A stretch of DNA of 64,000 bases from Antedon mediterranea (lineage: Eukaryota; Animalia; Echinodermata). The stretch covers positions 6,004,201 through 6,068,200 of the forward strand of contig NC_092670.1 in assembly GCF_964355755.1 (NCBI RefSeq), given 5' to 3'. Shown here in pieces: positions 40,201-53,216 of the stretch. Within the stretch, counting starts at the first letter, position 1, and every line of letters begins with the position of its first letter. A program made the translations under genes and the position numbers. Below the pieces are notes generated by a model. The model made no database searches. It had not been told where the DNA came from and saw only the letters and a program-made list of their open reading frames with translations.

Positions 40201-43200
40201 CTTTTATGAAGACGTTGAAATAATAAATCATGATTGATAGTGTCAAATGCAGCGGAGTAGTCGAGTAGAATAAGTACCGCTTCATTACCTTTGTCTAAAG
40301 CAAGTAGTAGATCGTTGGTAACACGTAATAAAGCGGTTTCAGTTGAGTGGAAGCGGCGGTAGGCTGATTGGACTTTTGAAAACAGGAAATGTTCATCCAT
40401 ATATGCTTTTATCTGAGCAGTTGCAATTCTTTCCAAGACTTTAAAAAGGAAGGGAAGATTTGCTATTGGTCTATAATTTTGTAGGACGTTGGAGTCGAGA
40501 TTTTGCTTTTTCAACAGTGGCATAACGAGGGACAATTTAAATGCAGATGGTACAGTACCTGATGACAGCGACATGTTGACGATTTTAGTGATATGCGGTA
40601 GTAGAGCGTCAATGCAGTTTTTTAGTAACCGTGTTGGAATTGGGTCAAGTCTACTGGACTTAGATGCGCTTTCAGCGATGACTTTGCGTACCGTATCTCT
40701 CGTCGACATTGACAGTTATTAGTGGAGTGTTTATGGAGTTAAGTTTCTTGCAAATTTTCAGAATCTTTTCATTAAAGAAACAGCCAAACTGGTTTGCGAG
40801 ATCCATTGAAGATGTGTGTTTTGGCAGAACAGGAGAAGAATCGACCGAGTACAGTTTACTTATGATGCGGAAAAGGTTCTTGTCATCCGCATTAGCGATT
40901 TCATTGCGATGATAATTGCATTTTGCTAGATCTAGCATATCTTTATATGCTTTGCATTCCAACTTGTACCTCTGTTTGTCGATATCCAAACCAGATTTCA
41001 ACATTCTGCGTTCTGATCTCCGTTTGACGCACTTCGCTTCACGGAGTTCATTCGTGTACCATGGTGCCCGTGGTCTAATGGTGACCAGTTTAGTTGTTAA
41101 CGGAGCATGTTGGTCAAGGATGTACTGCAATACATTATTGTATTGGTCAGCGAGATCGGAGACATTATCTTCCGGTGCGCAGACGAGCGGGGAATTCATT
41201 ATATCTTCCACAAAACAATTTAGATCAATGTTACGAAGTTTGCGGTAAGAGGTTGTCCGCGTTGGTTGTTTAGGATGTGATAAATCCACAAAGCTGATGA
41301 CAGCCATATGGTCGGATGGTAGTCCTTGTTTGACAGTGGTTTGTTTTATTATGTTGTCGTTTTTTCGAGAGATTAGAAGGTCCAGTGTGTGCCCGCTAAC
41401 GTGAGTGGGGCCTTGGACGTGTTGATGAAGACAACTCGTGTAAAGCAGTTCATCAAATCGCTTGGTGTGGTTGTCCAAGAGGTCATCTGTGTGAATATTG
41501 AAATCACCAACTATCAGAAGGTTTTTGGTGCAAGAGACTGATTCAAGAAGTGATGAGAATTCAGTGATGAACAAGTCAAAGGTAAGTTTGTTTTTGGTCG
41601 ATGGTGGTGGTCTGTAAATTGAAATCAAGTTAATTACAGATGAATTGGAAGTGATCTTGATATCCATATGTTCGAAAGACCGGAAACTTGTTGAAACATT
41701 TGGTGTTATTTGAAGTCCACGGTGCGAAATGATGCATATTCCACCTCCGCGTCCACCTGTAGGGCGTGGCTCATGTGACACCACGAAATTTGGGAGGGTG
41801 TTACTCACGTCCGCAATAAAGTGGTTGTCACTTGCATCACCTTTCAACCAACTTTCGGTAATTACTAAAATGTCTAATTCAACATCCAAAATAAAATCAC
41901 AAACGTGAACAGTTTTATTTCTTATAGAACGCGCATTCCACAGTCCAAAACAGATGGAACTCGAACTACGAGATTGTTCAGTATCCACGGAAACAGGTCT
42001 GCGAGGTTGAGAGATGTGTTCAGTGGCGGCAGAGATAAGCTTGCTTCGTCGTCGACCAGCCTTCTTTCCTCTATGTGTTTTTCGAGTTGAGAATGCTCGG
42101 CATGTGGTAAAGGCATTGATATTCAAACGATTTATAGTGTCAATTTCTGATGGAGTCAACGATGACTTTAAGTTTCCTGATAATCTGAGAAGTTGATCAC
42201 GATCGTAGTAAATCATAGACGCAATAGATGAACTGACAGGTTGAATTAAAGTCAATGAACACCCGTTATGATAAGACGATTCGGTTCTGTGAAGTAAGCC
42301 GACTACTACAATCCTAGGCCTACCGTAGTTGACAAATCCGGCAAAGAATGTTGAATGAACCGTGGATACGGCTGACCGCGAAGGCTGACTGCACAGGAAT
42401 GTGAGTAGACAGGCAAACGAAACTGGCCTAGGAAAACGGAACATTAGTTTCGCTAGTAGACCAACGATGTTATCTTCACAAATACATACAACGGTCAGTA
42501 ATAACCAGGAAAAGTTCGATGTGGCATTAAACACACAGATTTCAGTATACAGAAACTGTAATTTTACAGAAACTTGGAGAACAGATCAGACTGGCCGCTT
42601 GTAAGGCGCACACGTCTATCAATATTTTCATTTTGGGAAAGATCTTGTAATTACTTATTGAGTAATCCTGCTAACAAACAAATGAACAGACACATGTGAT
42701 CGACTACATATGTACCTCCTTGGCTGAGTTAAATAATTAATTATTTATCATTTATTTTCAGTTTCTGAGGAAGTACAATGATCTGTTTACACTGGATTCA
42801 AGTAGCAATATTGTGTCATTACAAAAGAATCATACACAGTCACAGGACACAACTGATGTTAAGTCACATGATGTAAAATCACATGATCATAGTGATTTAA
42901 GCAATACCAAACGGAGCAATAAAAAAGATCTCAACTCTGTGAAAGAAAAAGGAGTCTTGAACAAACAGTAAGTGGTTTTCAGATTCAGAGTATATAAATG
43001 GCGTTGATAATTTAGAGTTTGTTGCGTAGTGGTTTCTATGAGTGTACTGGTACTGGTAACCGTCTACATCTGGTAGCCATTGACATAAAGTTGTCATTTA
43101 GATTAATGCTACTTTTAATTGTACACAATATTTTTGTTACCAAACTAAATTAAGGTTAAAAAGCCTAAAAAATATTCTTTGCAGTGTTAGTAAAATAAAA

Positions 43201-46200
43201 GTATAACTATTTAAGTTGTTCATATTAATACATTATTTTGTAGGCCAAACTTAAAAACTAAAAATTGGTTTGACTTTAATGACTCGTATGTGAGGCCAAT
43301 AAACGAAAAGGAAATACATAACCAATTTTCTGGACGGGAGAGTGCATACATGTTATTCTACAGAAGGAAATCGCTACAGAGGCCTAAAGAAGGTAACACA
43401 TTTCATAAACATTTGTTTGAATGGCAAAGAAACGCTAGTAAAATTAGGTTTTCCGTACACCATGGAATTACAAAAAAAGGAATTCAAGTTGACATTTCAG
43501 CCAATATCCGGAAAAGTAATTTTGTCAAATTTATATAGTTCTTTTAACAATGTGCAGATTGTACAACATATATCGGCTGTACAACAAAAAAAAGGTTAAA
43601 CATCACATAGTGTAATGTACAGCAAACCTTACTTACTTACTAGTGTTTCATAAATTATTCAGCATTTTATATGTATGTATATTGAAAATCTATTTTTTTT
43701 TTATATACACTTCTGATTCAAAGTTTTTTAACAACCTGCATAGGAAACACTATTCATTCAAACATGACTAATTTGTATGTGGATCGAATTGTAATTAGAT
43801 GTTCTTAACAATTTGATGCCAAAAACACCAAGCAAAGTAACTAATATAAAACTGTCGTTATTTTACTTTTTCTAGCTTTTGGTAACCCTGATTATGGTCT
43901 TCCAATGTCTATCATTCAGCAAATAGCCAAGTTGAACTCTGAACTTTCAATCCAGCGAATAGAACATGATGTTGAGCTTAATACAATAGCAGTTTCTATA
44001 CATCAGAGCCAGCACTATGAGTACAGGTTTGGAAGACTGAACTTGAAGAATGATGTTAATAGTTATACAACAACACTGAATATAGACAGAAGGAAAGAGG
44101 TTACCGATCTTATAATTGCAGTACAAGAGGTAGTGTATCTTGGATGTACTGGCCGTTCTTTTTTACTATTAAAAACATATTCAGAATACCAGACTTTACA
44201 GAAACCCATTTTAAGTTGGGCTAATGGTGTCTGGTATTGGGAGATCTGATTTGTGATATGCAAGGGGATTGTTGACTGACTGCTTGATTTATTTATTTTT
44301 GCATCAAATGTCACAGAACATGAACATTTACAATTAAAAGTTATAAACATTCAAGAAAAAAACAGAACAAAAGATGTCAAGGATAACCCATAAACGCCCT
44401 CAAGATGAGCCAGACTGGAGTCATAGGGAGAATTTACTAAACATCGCCAATTTAATAACATGTGCTGTGCAGAATTGCTGGATAGTTGGCTTAATAATTA
44501 CTGTATTATAAATTATTATTTTATTGATAAACATTTACTGCACAGTAAAGTACAACATTTGTTTTTGTTTTACTCTTTCCATTCTTTGAAAGATTAAATT
44601 ATACAATATTCTTTGCCTTTAATCTTACAAACATTCATTACTTGTTATATATTTCACACTTTTTGTACCTTTAAGTTTTAACACTTTTTTGTTTATTTTG
44701 CTAGGTACTAGGTGAAGCCTTTCTTGAAGGTAGTCATTTGAGTATTGTAAAGGAACTACCAGCTGGGCTGCATCTATATGACATGATAAGTCGGAACCCT
44801 TCTTGCACTGTCAGTGATGCAGGAATTGTTGAAGGCTCACAACTTTTCCTATGGGATGGAAATGCTGTACGTATAATAACAATCGTCTATATCCAAATAT
44901 AAGGATTTTATTTTTAAAATAGAACATTCCTTTATTGCAACTTTTGTTAATACAATATTTGTATTTTAAAAATGTTAGTTTTTCAAAACTAATTATAGAT
45001 TTAACAAAACGTTTATAGCTTAATTACTTTAAAAGTACATTTTTGCAATTTAAATATCAGAAATCAAAATCTTTAAAGACTGCTGTTTACTATGTCATTT
45101 GACTTTTTTGCTCCAGGGACCATGGGCTTAGCCAGTGACAGCTCATAGCCATTACGACACTGAGTTACTTCCTGCCAATAGTTTTATAGTTGCTGGCTTA
45201 AAGATGTATTGTCCCTTGAAACACAAAAAATAAGATAAAAATATTCTAAATTTAAACTAGCCATATCAAAGTAATATTAAAGTTATTCACTTTAAGTCGA
45301 AAAATCGAGCCAAAAACAACAAGTTTACGTAATTAACAGGTAAATTAATTAGATTACATTTCGTCTGGGAAATCGTTGCAAGCGAAAGTAAACAAAGATT
45401 TCAAACCATGAGTATGCATTATGCATGATGCTAATTAGGATTGTTTACAACTCGTCACGGTTGAGAAGGTGTTTTCACACAGATCGCGAAGAAGTTTTAT
45501 GATTATGCATACAGAGTAGCCAAACAAGCGCGTTGCATTATGGGATATGTTTTGATATAAAACTTTGACTGTATTTCGGTTAAATTATTTTTTTTTTTCG
45601 ACTAATTTTTTGTGAAAGTTAATAACTATTATGATACTTCAAAATGACCCCTTTTTTTTCAAAATTTAAAAAAAAAAGTTTTGGAATTAGTCAAAGGGAC
45701 AATACATCTTTAAATATATGATTATAGAAAATACCATGAAGTATGGATCTTTTTCTTTTGTTTACCAATCACAAGAACTCACAAATTATTGCTTTTACAG
45801 GTAGATGGACATGAAATGAAGACTGGTGAGAACGCTGAATCAATCCTATTAAACATCACCTTTGTGGATGCAAATGGCAAAAAACAGCAAATCTCACATG
45901 CTTTTCCTAAACATTCCAAGTTCAGAGAAGTGCGATTAATAATCAGCCGTCTGACTGAAGTACAACCAGACTTTTTACTGATTACTAGAATAATCTCCAA
46001 ACCTGTTGCCATGTCTACTTCTGATGATGCGCTGTCATTATTGGAGCTAAAGCTACTGAACTGTGACACTATTTCTGCTGAGGCTAAATCCAGAGTAGGG
46101 TAAGATATAAATTCACCTGACTTGCTTGATTGTCACTGCTGGGAATAGTTTCGCCAGTGTAGCATAGCAAAAAGCTATACAAAACAACCTTATTGCTACA

Positions 46201-49200
46201 CATTTCTAAAATTATGTAGCAAAAAATACAATAGAATACTATGTTTCTCGACTCAAAAATCAGTTTGATTAGCAATTGCTAAATAAAATTTTAAAATGAA
46301 ATGTTTCCCTTCACTGTGTGCATTGTGTATTGTGCTAATTTATAGCTCCATGGTTCAACTGTGAGTACCACGATGGATAATAAAAACATATGGTAGAATC
46401 GGCAGACCATTTCATTTTTTTTTAATAATGAAGAATATAATGTGAAGTACAAAATAAGTATACGGAAAAATTCAGTATATGATTGCTTCACCTATGTTTT
46501 GCACACGTAACATATGGCGCTCACATTTGTGAGCCAGACGTAGAACTTCTGCCTCAGTTCGATGGTGCACACCATTCCCCTATCCATGCTCCTGCCATCC
46601 TAATCACACGTCATTGCCAACAGCTTTTGTGTATTTACATGAGTTCAGGTTAAAAAAAACTATTCAGTTCTCTTGGCTACATGTAGAAGCCTCTGATTTT
46701 AAATCTATTTTTATTTTTTAGAAAACCAGTTATTGTAGAATCTACATTGAAAACGAAGGAGAAACTTGTCAAAGTTCATATTGAGAATCGATGTACTGAA
46801 AATAAAGAGCAAGAAGATGATTGGCCAGTAATAGAAGTTGAAACAGAATCTAGTCAAGTTAGTTTAAGCCTTGTGATGTGCCCATATATGGACATGATGA
46901 TGTCATATCACTACCATATTTAGGCATACCACTACCATGTTTGGGCACATCATACCTTTTTTGTAAAACTAGTTTAATAGTGTAGACCGAGCTTTACTCT
47001 TAAGCTCCTTTCCCACATTCTCGAATTTGGCTACGAATGAACACGAAATTTACAAGAACAAGTCTATTATTAATTAAGGCACGATTTTTGTTTTACATTT
47101 AAAAGTGACGTTAATATCATAATGTACTTAGCATGATAATTTAATTTGTATTTAATATTAGTTTAGTAAATTTTTTAATAACATTTTCAATTCACAGACA
47201 ATAGAAAAACTTAAGTCTGTAATATTAAAGAAAATTGGCTTAACTGGCAACAAAAAGCCCGAGGGAGGTGGACGACTCCGTAGATGTAGTGAAACAGCTG
47301 GATGTCAACCACCCTGTAAGTTCAACATTCTCTATTAATTTTTACTTTTGACCAAGTACACGTAAAGAATACAAACTTGTATGTATTGTATTTGAACTTG
47401 TCAAATACCTCAAATTTCAACCATGTACTGTAATGTGTGTTTGAGTGGAATAATAATAAATGAAATGTGCCCATGTAGGTATATTTGCCCAAAGTTATTC
47501 CTATGTTTTTAGTATTCCTTTACGGGCCCAACCAGCTGATTTTTGTCCATGACTACAGCCTCTTGTTAAATAAAATGTCAAATGTGTAGTTGAATGTGTC
47601 ATGTATGATTAGCATGGCATATTTGGCTAATTTTAATGAGAGTGAGTGAATAGCCGAGTAGTTAAGACAGTGGAACCATAATTACGTAGCCATAACATTG
47701 GCAAGGGTTCGAGGCTCACTCGCTCCATGGTTCTGGTGGTAGAACGAGTCTATATAAACCGTAGGTCTAGTGTACACATCATGTACACTTTAAAGAACCT
47801 GTACTTCTCTTGAGATGAGTAGGGGGTTACGCCGGTGTACTAGTGCACACACACAGCCACTGTTCATAACTGGGCTCATTGTGCAATTGGGACTGGTTTA
47901 CCACCTGTTGGTCCCATCCTTCACTAATAAAGATCTTAGTGAGAAGTTGAATAAATAAAAAAAAATGATTTTTTGTTTCAGTATTTGAACAGCAGAGTGT
48001 TGGTGCTGCTGAGATAAAGCACAATTCTTGCCTTACATTAGAACCTGGTGCTCCACCAAAACACAATCAGGTATTCACCAAACAATTACCTCTGTCAAAA
48101 GTTTTAGGTCAATAGCCTATTTAAATAATTGTTATTATCCACTGTCTACTTGTTTATAATGCATTGCTCCTAAAAAATATCTAATAATTATAAAAAAATT
48201 ATTATTATTGCCCATATAGAATCTGTATCTATTAGCAGGTTTCCCCTCAACAGCTGGTCTGGTCTGGTCTGCCCTGCGTTTTGTGTAAATGATCATAAGA
48301 AATAACATAGATTCCTTTTTTTTTTACCGCTTACAACTCGACTATAAATTGGTCTTAATTGTGAAAGAGTAAAACTCTTTGAGTATCTCATGCTCTATTT
48401 GTCATTCTAGATAACAGTAACTTTCAGCCTGGGTAACCAACCTGCAAAATCAGATGGTAGGAAGGAGATAATAGTCAATAAAACAATTACAGTTGAAAAG
48501 GTAATTTTGACGTAAGAAATTTTCCCCCTTTTTTTTTTGTTCTCTTTATTAAGTAATCAATGTATAATAATGATTACAGCAACCTAAACAAATAACATTT
48601 ATAAAATAAAAAGTTAAAGATGGTGCGCACAACAAGTTCATTTCCAAACACAAACATTCTCAAAATGTTTACAGAAAGCTGAACATGCATTAGATCACAT
48701 TAATTATCCCTATTAGATATCACTTTTTCGTTAGATAGGGCTAATTCCAAATGTCACGTGATCCGTAATTGACTAATCAAATTGCAAGAATACAATCAGT
48801 TGTGTTATATGTTTAATAAAAACATTATCATCAGGAATGTTTCACCTTTCTTTTTTATATTCAGTGTTTAAATACAATGTTGACAAACCTTGATCTGAAG
48901 GGTCAACTGTATCACTTGCAGAAAACAAATTGGCTTGGAGAGACAGCAGACGTTATGGATGATTTGGTAAAACATTATTTTTTCATAAAGATTTGACAAT
49001 TCCTACAGATTATCTACTGTAATGCAAAGAATAATAATCATATATAATAATAATATAATAATAATCAATCATAACCACTTTTGATGCCCACTGAACTAGT
49101 ATTAATAATAATATTGTTATATTAATGTTCTAATAATGTTTTCGTTATGTGTATTAAGGCTTTTTTCCAGTTGAATTTTCAAATTTCACATCAATTTTTT

Positions 49201-52200
49201 TGGCTTTGTACTTTCATTGGGCTCCATATTAATACTAATAATTGCTTATATTGTTGTTATTCTGCTATTAAGGATGCCTCTCTCGATCAAGAAAATGTAA
49301 AAGATGGAGATCATCTTCTAGTGCAGGCGGGTAAAGTACCTCCAAGAGGCTTTCTATGCTTACCTGTTTGGATGTACCCACCACCATACATTCCAGATAC
49401 TGAAACTGAAGAACCTAGTCTACTGAATTGGATTTCAACCGTTATGAAAGGTACAGTATTTTTTCTGAAAGTGTTTTAAAGAGTAGAAAAAAAAATGTTG
49501 TTGTAAGTAACGCTAATTTCACAGATGATTTTTATCCCTAGAACAATGCTTCATTCAAATGAAAATCATTTTTGAGTCCCACTGTCCAATCACTACTTTT
49601 AATTGATAGGACTCTTCAACAACACAGACGAAGATGAAGCAATGTCTGAAATGGACCAAACAAATGTTTTTCTTGATAACGTTGAGATATCACAAGATTT
49701 GACCGTAGACACCTTAAAGACATCGATCTTGAAGCAGATCAATTCTCTTGACATGAAAGTGCCTTCTACACACCACATACGATTACGTCAGGTGGAGAAC
49801 TCAATGATGACCAAAGTTTTCAGAAGTAATGAGCAAACACTCAGGTAGTTTACCAATGGAGTACTGTACACTCCCATAAGAACTCACAGAATTTGAAGCT
49901 TATTACACTGTGGGTGTATCACAGAAGAAAGTGGGTGAATCACAGAAGAATAACGAAAATATTAATCCGCGCGCAATTCATGTTGGGATTTATAGCTTAA
50001 ATTATTAGAATCAACTTATTTTTAAACGTTGAAAGACGAAAAAAGTTATCGCAATAGGACCATGTAGTATTTATTTTTACAATTAATGTAGTTTAATTAT
50101 GACCTTAAATTAGAGCTAAAAAACATTAGGAATGGGACTTTTTTACTTTAACGCATAACTCTTTTTGTCAATAATGAACTTTTCTTTTTATTTTAATAGA
50201 CGACAAAAAATCAACTCTGCGACAAAACTTGCTGTGCAAGTTTTACAAGAAGAAGAAAATCTAAAGTAAATATATAAAAATAATTTATATCTTGTTTAAT
50301 CACTTTCTCTATCATTGTTTTTTTAATATAAGTTTTCCATGTTTCTATTCAATATTTAGATTTTACTGTATTTATTTTGAATATGTGTTTAAGTAAATTG
50401 AGAAAGAGAAAGTTTTCATTGGTTGTTACTATTTCATGTTTGCCTTCTAATCCTAAGGTCAAGGTTCAATCCTAAGGTCAAGGTTCAATCCTAAGGTCAA
50501 GGTTCAATCCTGATCAGTCCTAGTCAAATGTGTTTATTATATTCACATGCTGTAATTGGCGAGTTTACTGTGCATTTTTAAAAGATCTAAGTTTTGCCTC
50601 ATACACTTATAAAACTTATTTTAAAGCTCAGGTACAGGCATGAATTTTAAATATAATATCTGGTTAATTGTACATTAATCAAATATTTGTAACAGAAATC
50701 AAGACGAAAAAACATGAATTTCCCTTAATATGGTCAAATACAAAATTTGGCAAAATTCTGCCATAAAAACCAGGGAGACTTTTTTTCAGTAGTTAGGTAG
50801 TTTAACCTAATGTAAAAACATGTCTGGTGACTCCCTAGAAGGTGAAAAAAGTTGGTGGATAATTTTTGCTACAGCATGAAAATAAAAATCTGAAGTTGAA
50901 TAAAATTACCAGAAAAAGAAAATTCAAGTTATTATATTTAGTCATCTGATAACATTTTTTACCACACCGTTTATTTTTCATAGCTTTTTAAAATGCCTCT
51001 CTATTTACAAAATTTGTGTACAAAAGAATAGAGATTTTACTGTGTAATTTGAACTATCCCCCCCCACTGATAAGAAAGTGCCTATTTTCAACAAGCTCGT
51101 GTAACACAAATAAAATCAAATAAATTATGAAACATAATAATGAGAAACTATAGATCGATAATTATTGGAATGTATGATCAATAGAAATGTTTTGCCTGCA
51201 CCAGTCCTTTAAATAAAATTATATTTTTTTAATTCCATTATAAAGGCAAAACACTATAGTACTAGTTATCCAAAGGCGTAATGTTATATCTAGAAGTTAC
51301 AACAGAAGTGAGGAATTGATTTGGGACACAACTCGGTCACAGACCCCAGAGTCATTAAAGCAAGCTGTTAGTGACAGACTTAAGATTCCTGTAGACAGAT
51401 TAATGATTGCTAAACATCATTTAGACAAATTCAACTGGACAGTAATTCCAAGTAGTTCACAAGTAAGTTTTGATCAAATCAAAAATTGTATTAATTGGTC
51501 AATAACAGAATAGATATTATTATATTCAAACTTTATTTGACCATGATATAAATAATATGTTTAAGTCCTGCATGCATGTACACAAAATAGAAAATAATAT
51601 ATATAATAAAAATAATTCAAACCAACATTTTCTGTTAAAAGAATTAATTTTAATTTAGGGTTTTTAATAATTATTGTGCCGTCGTCTATGTAACAAGTGA
51701 ATAAGAAATTTAAAGCGTTAAGTTGAAATGTGTTCTTTCAATTTTTCTGCCTTACCATGTTGGGAATATTTTTTAAATGTTGCCTGACATACAGTTTCTA
51801 TGTATTTCTTTCACAGTGGCAGAAAACTAGTGGTCAAAAAGGAAAGAAAAAGGGTGGACAGAACCAAAAACTGAACCTGAAACAGGCCCCTTACCAACTC
51901 AAAGATGGTGATGTGATTGGTGTAAAGGTAAGAATTAAGTTTTACAGCAAGATTACTTATCAATCACAGGTATTACCTTTAATTAACGCCTAGTAGATCC
52001 AAGGCAATCTAATAACTAGAGCTTTGTTAGATCAAAGGTTTTATGTGTGGCTGCGACACGATCAGTTCCACGCCCTAAACAGAAACTGGAGAATGATGTA
52101 CTTAGTACTGTAACCACAATTAGTTTGAATTTGTTGCAGCCAGACATAAGATCAAAGGATGGTTAAAAATGAATAATTTTGATTTATTTGTTTTTTCTTT

Positions 52201-52789
52201 ATTTTTTAAGGACATTCAGGATGATCCGGAGAACAAAGATGATTTTTCTACTCAAGAAGATGATATTGGGAAAGAGAAATTAAGACAAATTGCTGAAGCA
52301 AAACGAAAAATGTAAGTGATTTGCAATATGTGGTAATTCATTTTTGTTGGAAGGATTCTTATTTAATTTGTTATTTGTTGGCATTATTGTAGTCTATAAC
52401 TTTTGTATTGATAAAGTATGTTGTGGTTTAACTCAACCTGTAGTCAGGATTCAGGATCGTTGCAAATAACTAGCCAGCCTGATGATGTGTGGTCACCTCG
52501 TCTAAATTGTTCTGTCTAGCATGCGACTGCAACACATACCCAGTATAATAATAGAATTTGTATAGAGTTATAGAGCCCTTTTACAATATGTCTTTCCATT
52601 ATTCAATGCATTTTTTTCTTCGATTTATAATTCTTATACCTGTAAATAATCTAAATAGTAAACTTATTTTATAGGCGAAAAGAAACAAAAGACAGGAATG
52701 TTGAAGATCCACCTTGGGAAAAAAAGAAACACAAAAAGGAACGAAGAAAAGAAGTCGCATTAGTTATCAAAGTGGACGACTTTAAATGA
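34208..52789 (+). CDS. USP40: Ubiquitin carboxyl-terminal hydrolase 40-like, 27 coding exons, ~1277 aa
   Basis: Exons, phase-consistent, total 3834 nt: 34208-34430, 34675-34742, 35145-35258, 35390-35515, 35794-35832, 35947-36093, 36883-37026, 37619-37744, 38338-38487, 38905-38973, 42762-42967, 43244-43392, 43876-44129, 44705-44866, 45801-46099, 46722-46857, 47198-47315, 47982-48070, 48411-48500, 48865-48966, 49273-49450, 49610-49844, 50200-50265, 51246-51462, 51817-51927, 52211-52311, 52675-52789. Cys box GLCGIKNQGATCYLNALIQ, QQHDVQE, His box YELYSVVIHRGSCYGGHYHAYIKD, WFDFNDS, SAYMLFYR. The N-terminus MFGIDRLFEEE, the insert GVSWNKQFKKQHG and the C-terminal LKQAPYQLKDGDVIGVK resemble USP40 as I recall it. 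Confidence 0.92.
36240..36670 (+). mobile_element. Degraded tRNA-derived SINE copies in USP40 intron 6
   Basis: GTTCAAGGCTCACTCGCTCCATGTTTCTGATGGTAGAACAAGTC matches 47708-47750; a second SINE-like core lies at ~36565-36655. Confidence 0.65.
39060..42617 (-). mobile_element. Near-full-length L2 (CR1-group) LINE, APE + RT, antisense in USP40 intron 10
   Basis: ORF 42534-40672 (LWNARSI, ITESWL, GGRGGG, IYRPP, GDFN, HTLDL, SDH) and ORF 40709-39303 (LDPIPT, NYRPIANL, QSAYR, DYSAAFD, GVPQGS, YADD, HAFVSSRLD, LHWLPV). The terminal segment GDR/AFAVAAPKLWNTLP..FKTKLKTHLF stops at 39152 after small frameshifts; (TTA)n tail at ~39060. Confidence 0.95.
45202..45709. mobile_element. MITE with TTAA target duplication (Kolobok-like)
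   Basis: TTAA|AGATGTATTGTCCCTT ... AAGGGACAATACATCT|TTAA: perfect 16-bp TIRs. Confidence 0.85.
47640..47930 (+). mobile_element. tRNA-derived SINE
   Basis: A-box-like TAGCCGAGTAGTTAAG, B-box GGTTCGAGGC, then a core also seen at ~36280-36430; ends near AATAAA. Confidence 0.75.
50449..50511. repeat. 19-bp tandem repeat x3 (AATCCTAAGGTCAAGGTTC)
   Basis: Three exact copies read directly. Confidence 0.9.
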
Positions 52790-52978
52790 TAATTTAGTCC
52801 ACCTATCTTTCATAACATTTTTAAGGTTTTTTTTTTTAACATTTTTACAAAATAGTCATTTTAAATAGATATTATATTTGATTATTCAAGATTAATACTT
52901 AATTATGTAGAGAGAAATTATAATTGTATTGTATTCAAAGTATTATTATGAAATGATATGTTTCTTTCATATTATACA

Positions 52979-53216
52979 GAATGTTTTATATTCATACAAT
53001 GGTACAAATAATGAATGTTTTATATTCATTCAATGGTACAAATAATGAATCTTTTATATTCATACAATGGTACAAATAATGAATCTTTTATATTCATACA
53101 ATGGTACAAATAATGAATGTTTTATATTCATACAATGGTACAAATAATGAATGTTTTATATTCATACAATGGTACAAATAATGAATGTTTTATATTCATT
53201 CAATGGTACAAATAAT
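52979..53216. repeat. 34-bp minisatellite x7, 190 nt downstream of the USP40 stop
   Basis: Unit GAAT(G/C)TTTTATATTCAT(A/T)CAATGGTACAAATAAT starts at 52979, 53013, 53047, 53081, 53115, 53149 and 53183. Confidence 0.95.

Noticed and set aside
39515-42604. Plus-strand ORFs overlapping the L2 element
   Set aside because: They are antisense shadows of the APE/RT frame with no recognisable motifs.
47640-47725. tRNA gene
   Set aside because: A and B boxes are present but there is no cloverleaf, and the sequence continues into a core repeated elsewhere; it is a SINE head.
50449-50511. AGGTCAAGGTTC repeats as a nuclear-receptor response element
   Set aside because: Explained by a simple 19-bp slippage triplication deep in an intron; no other support.
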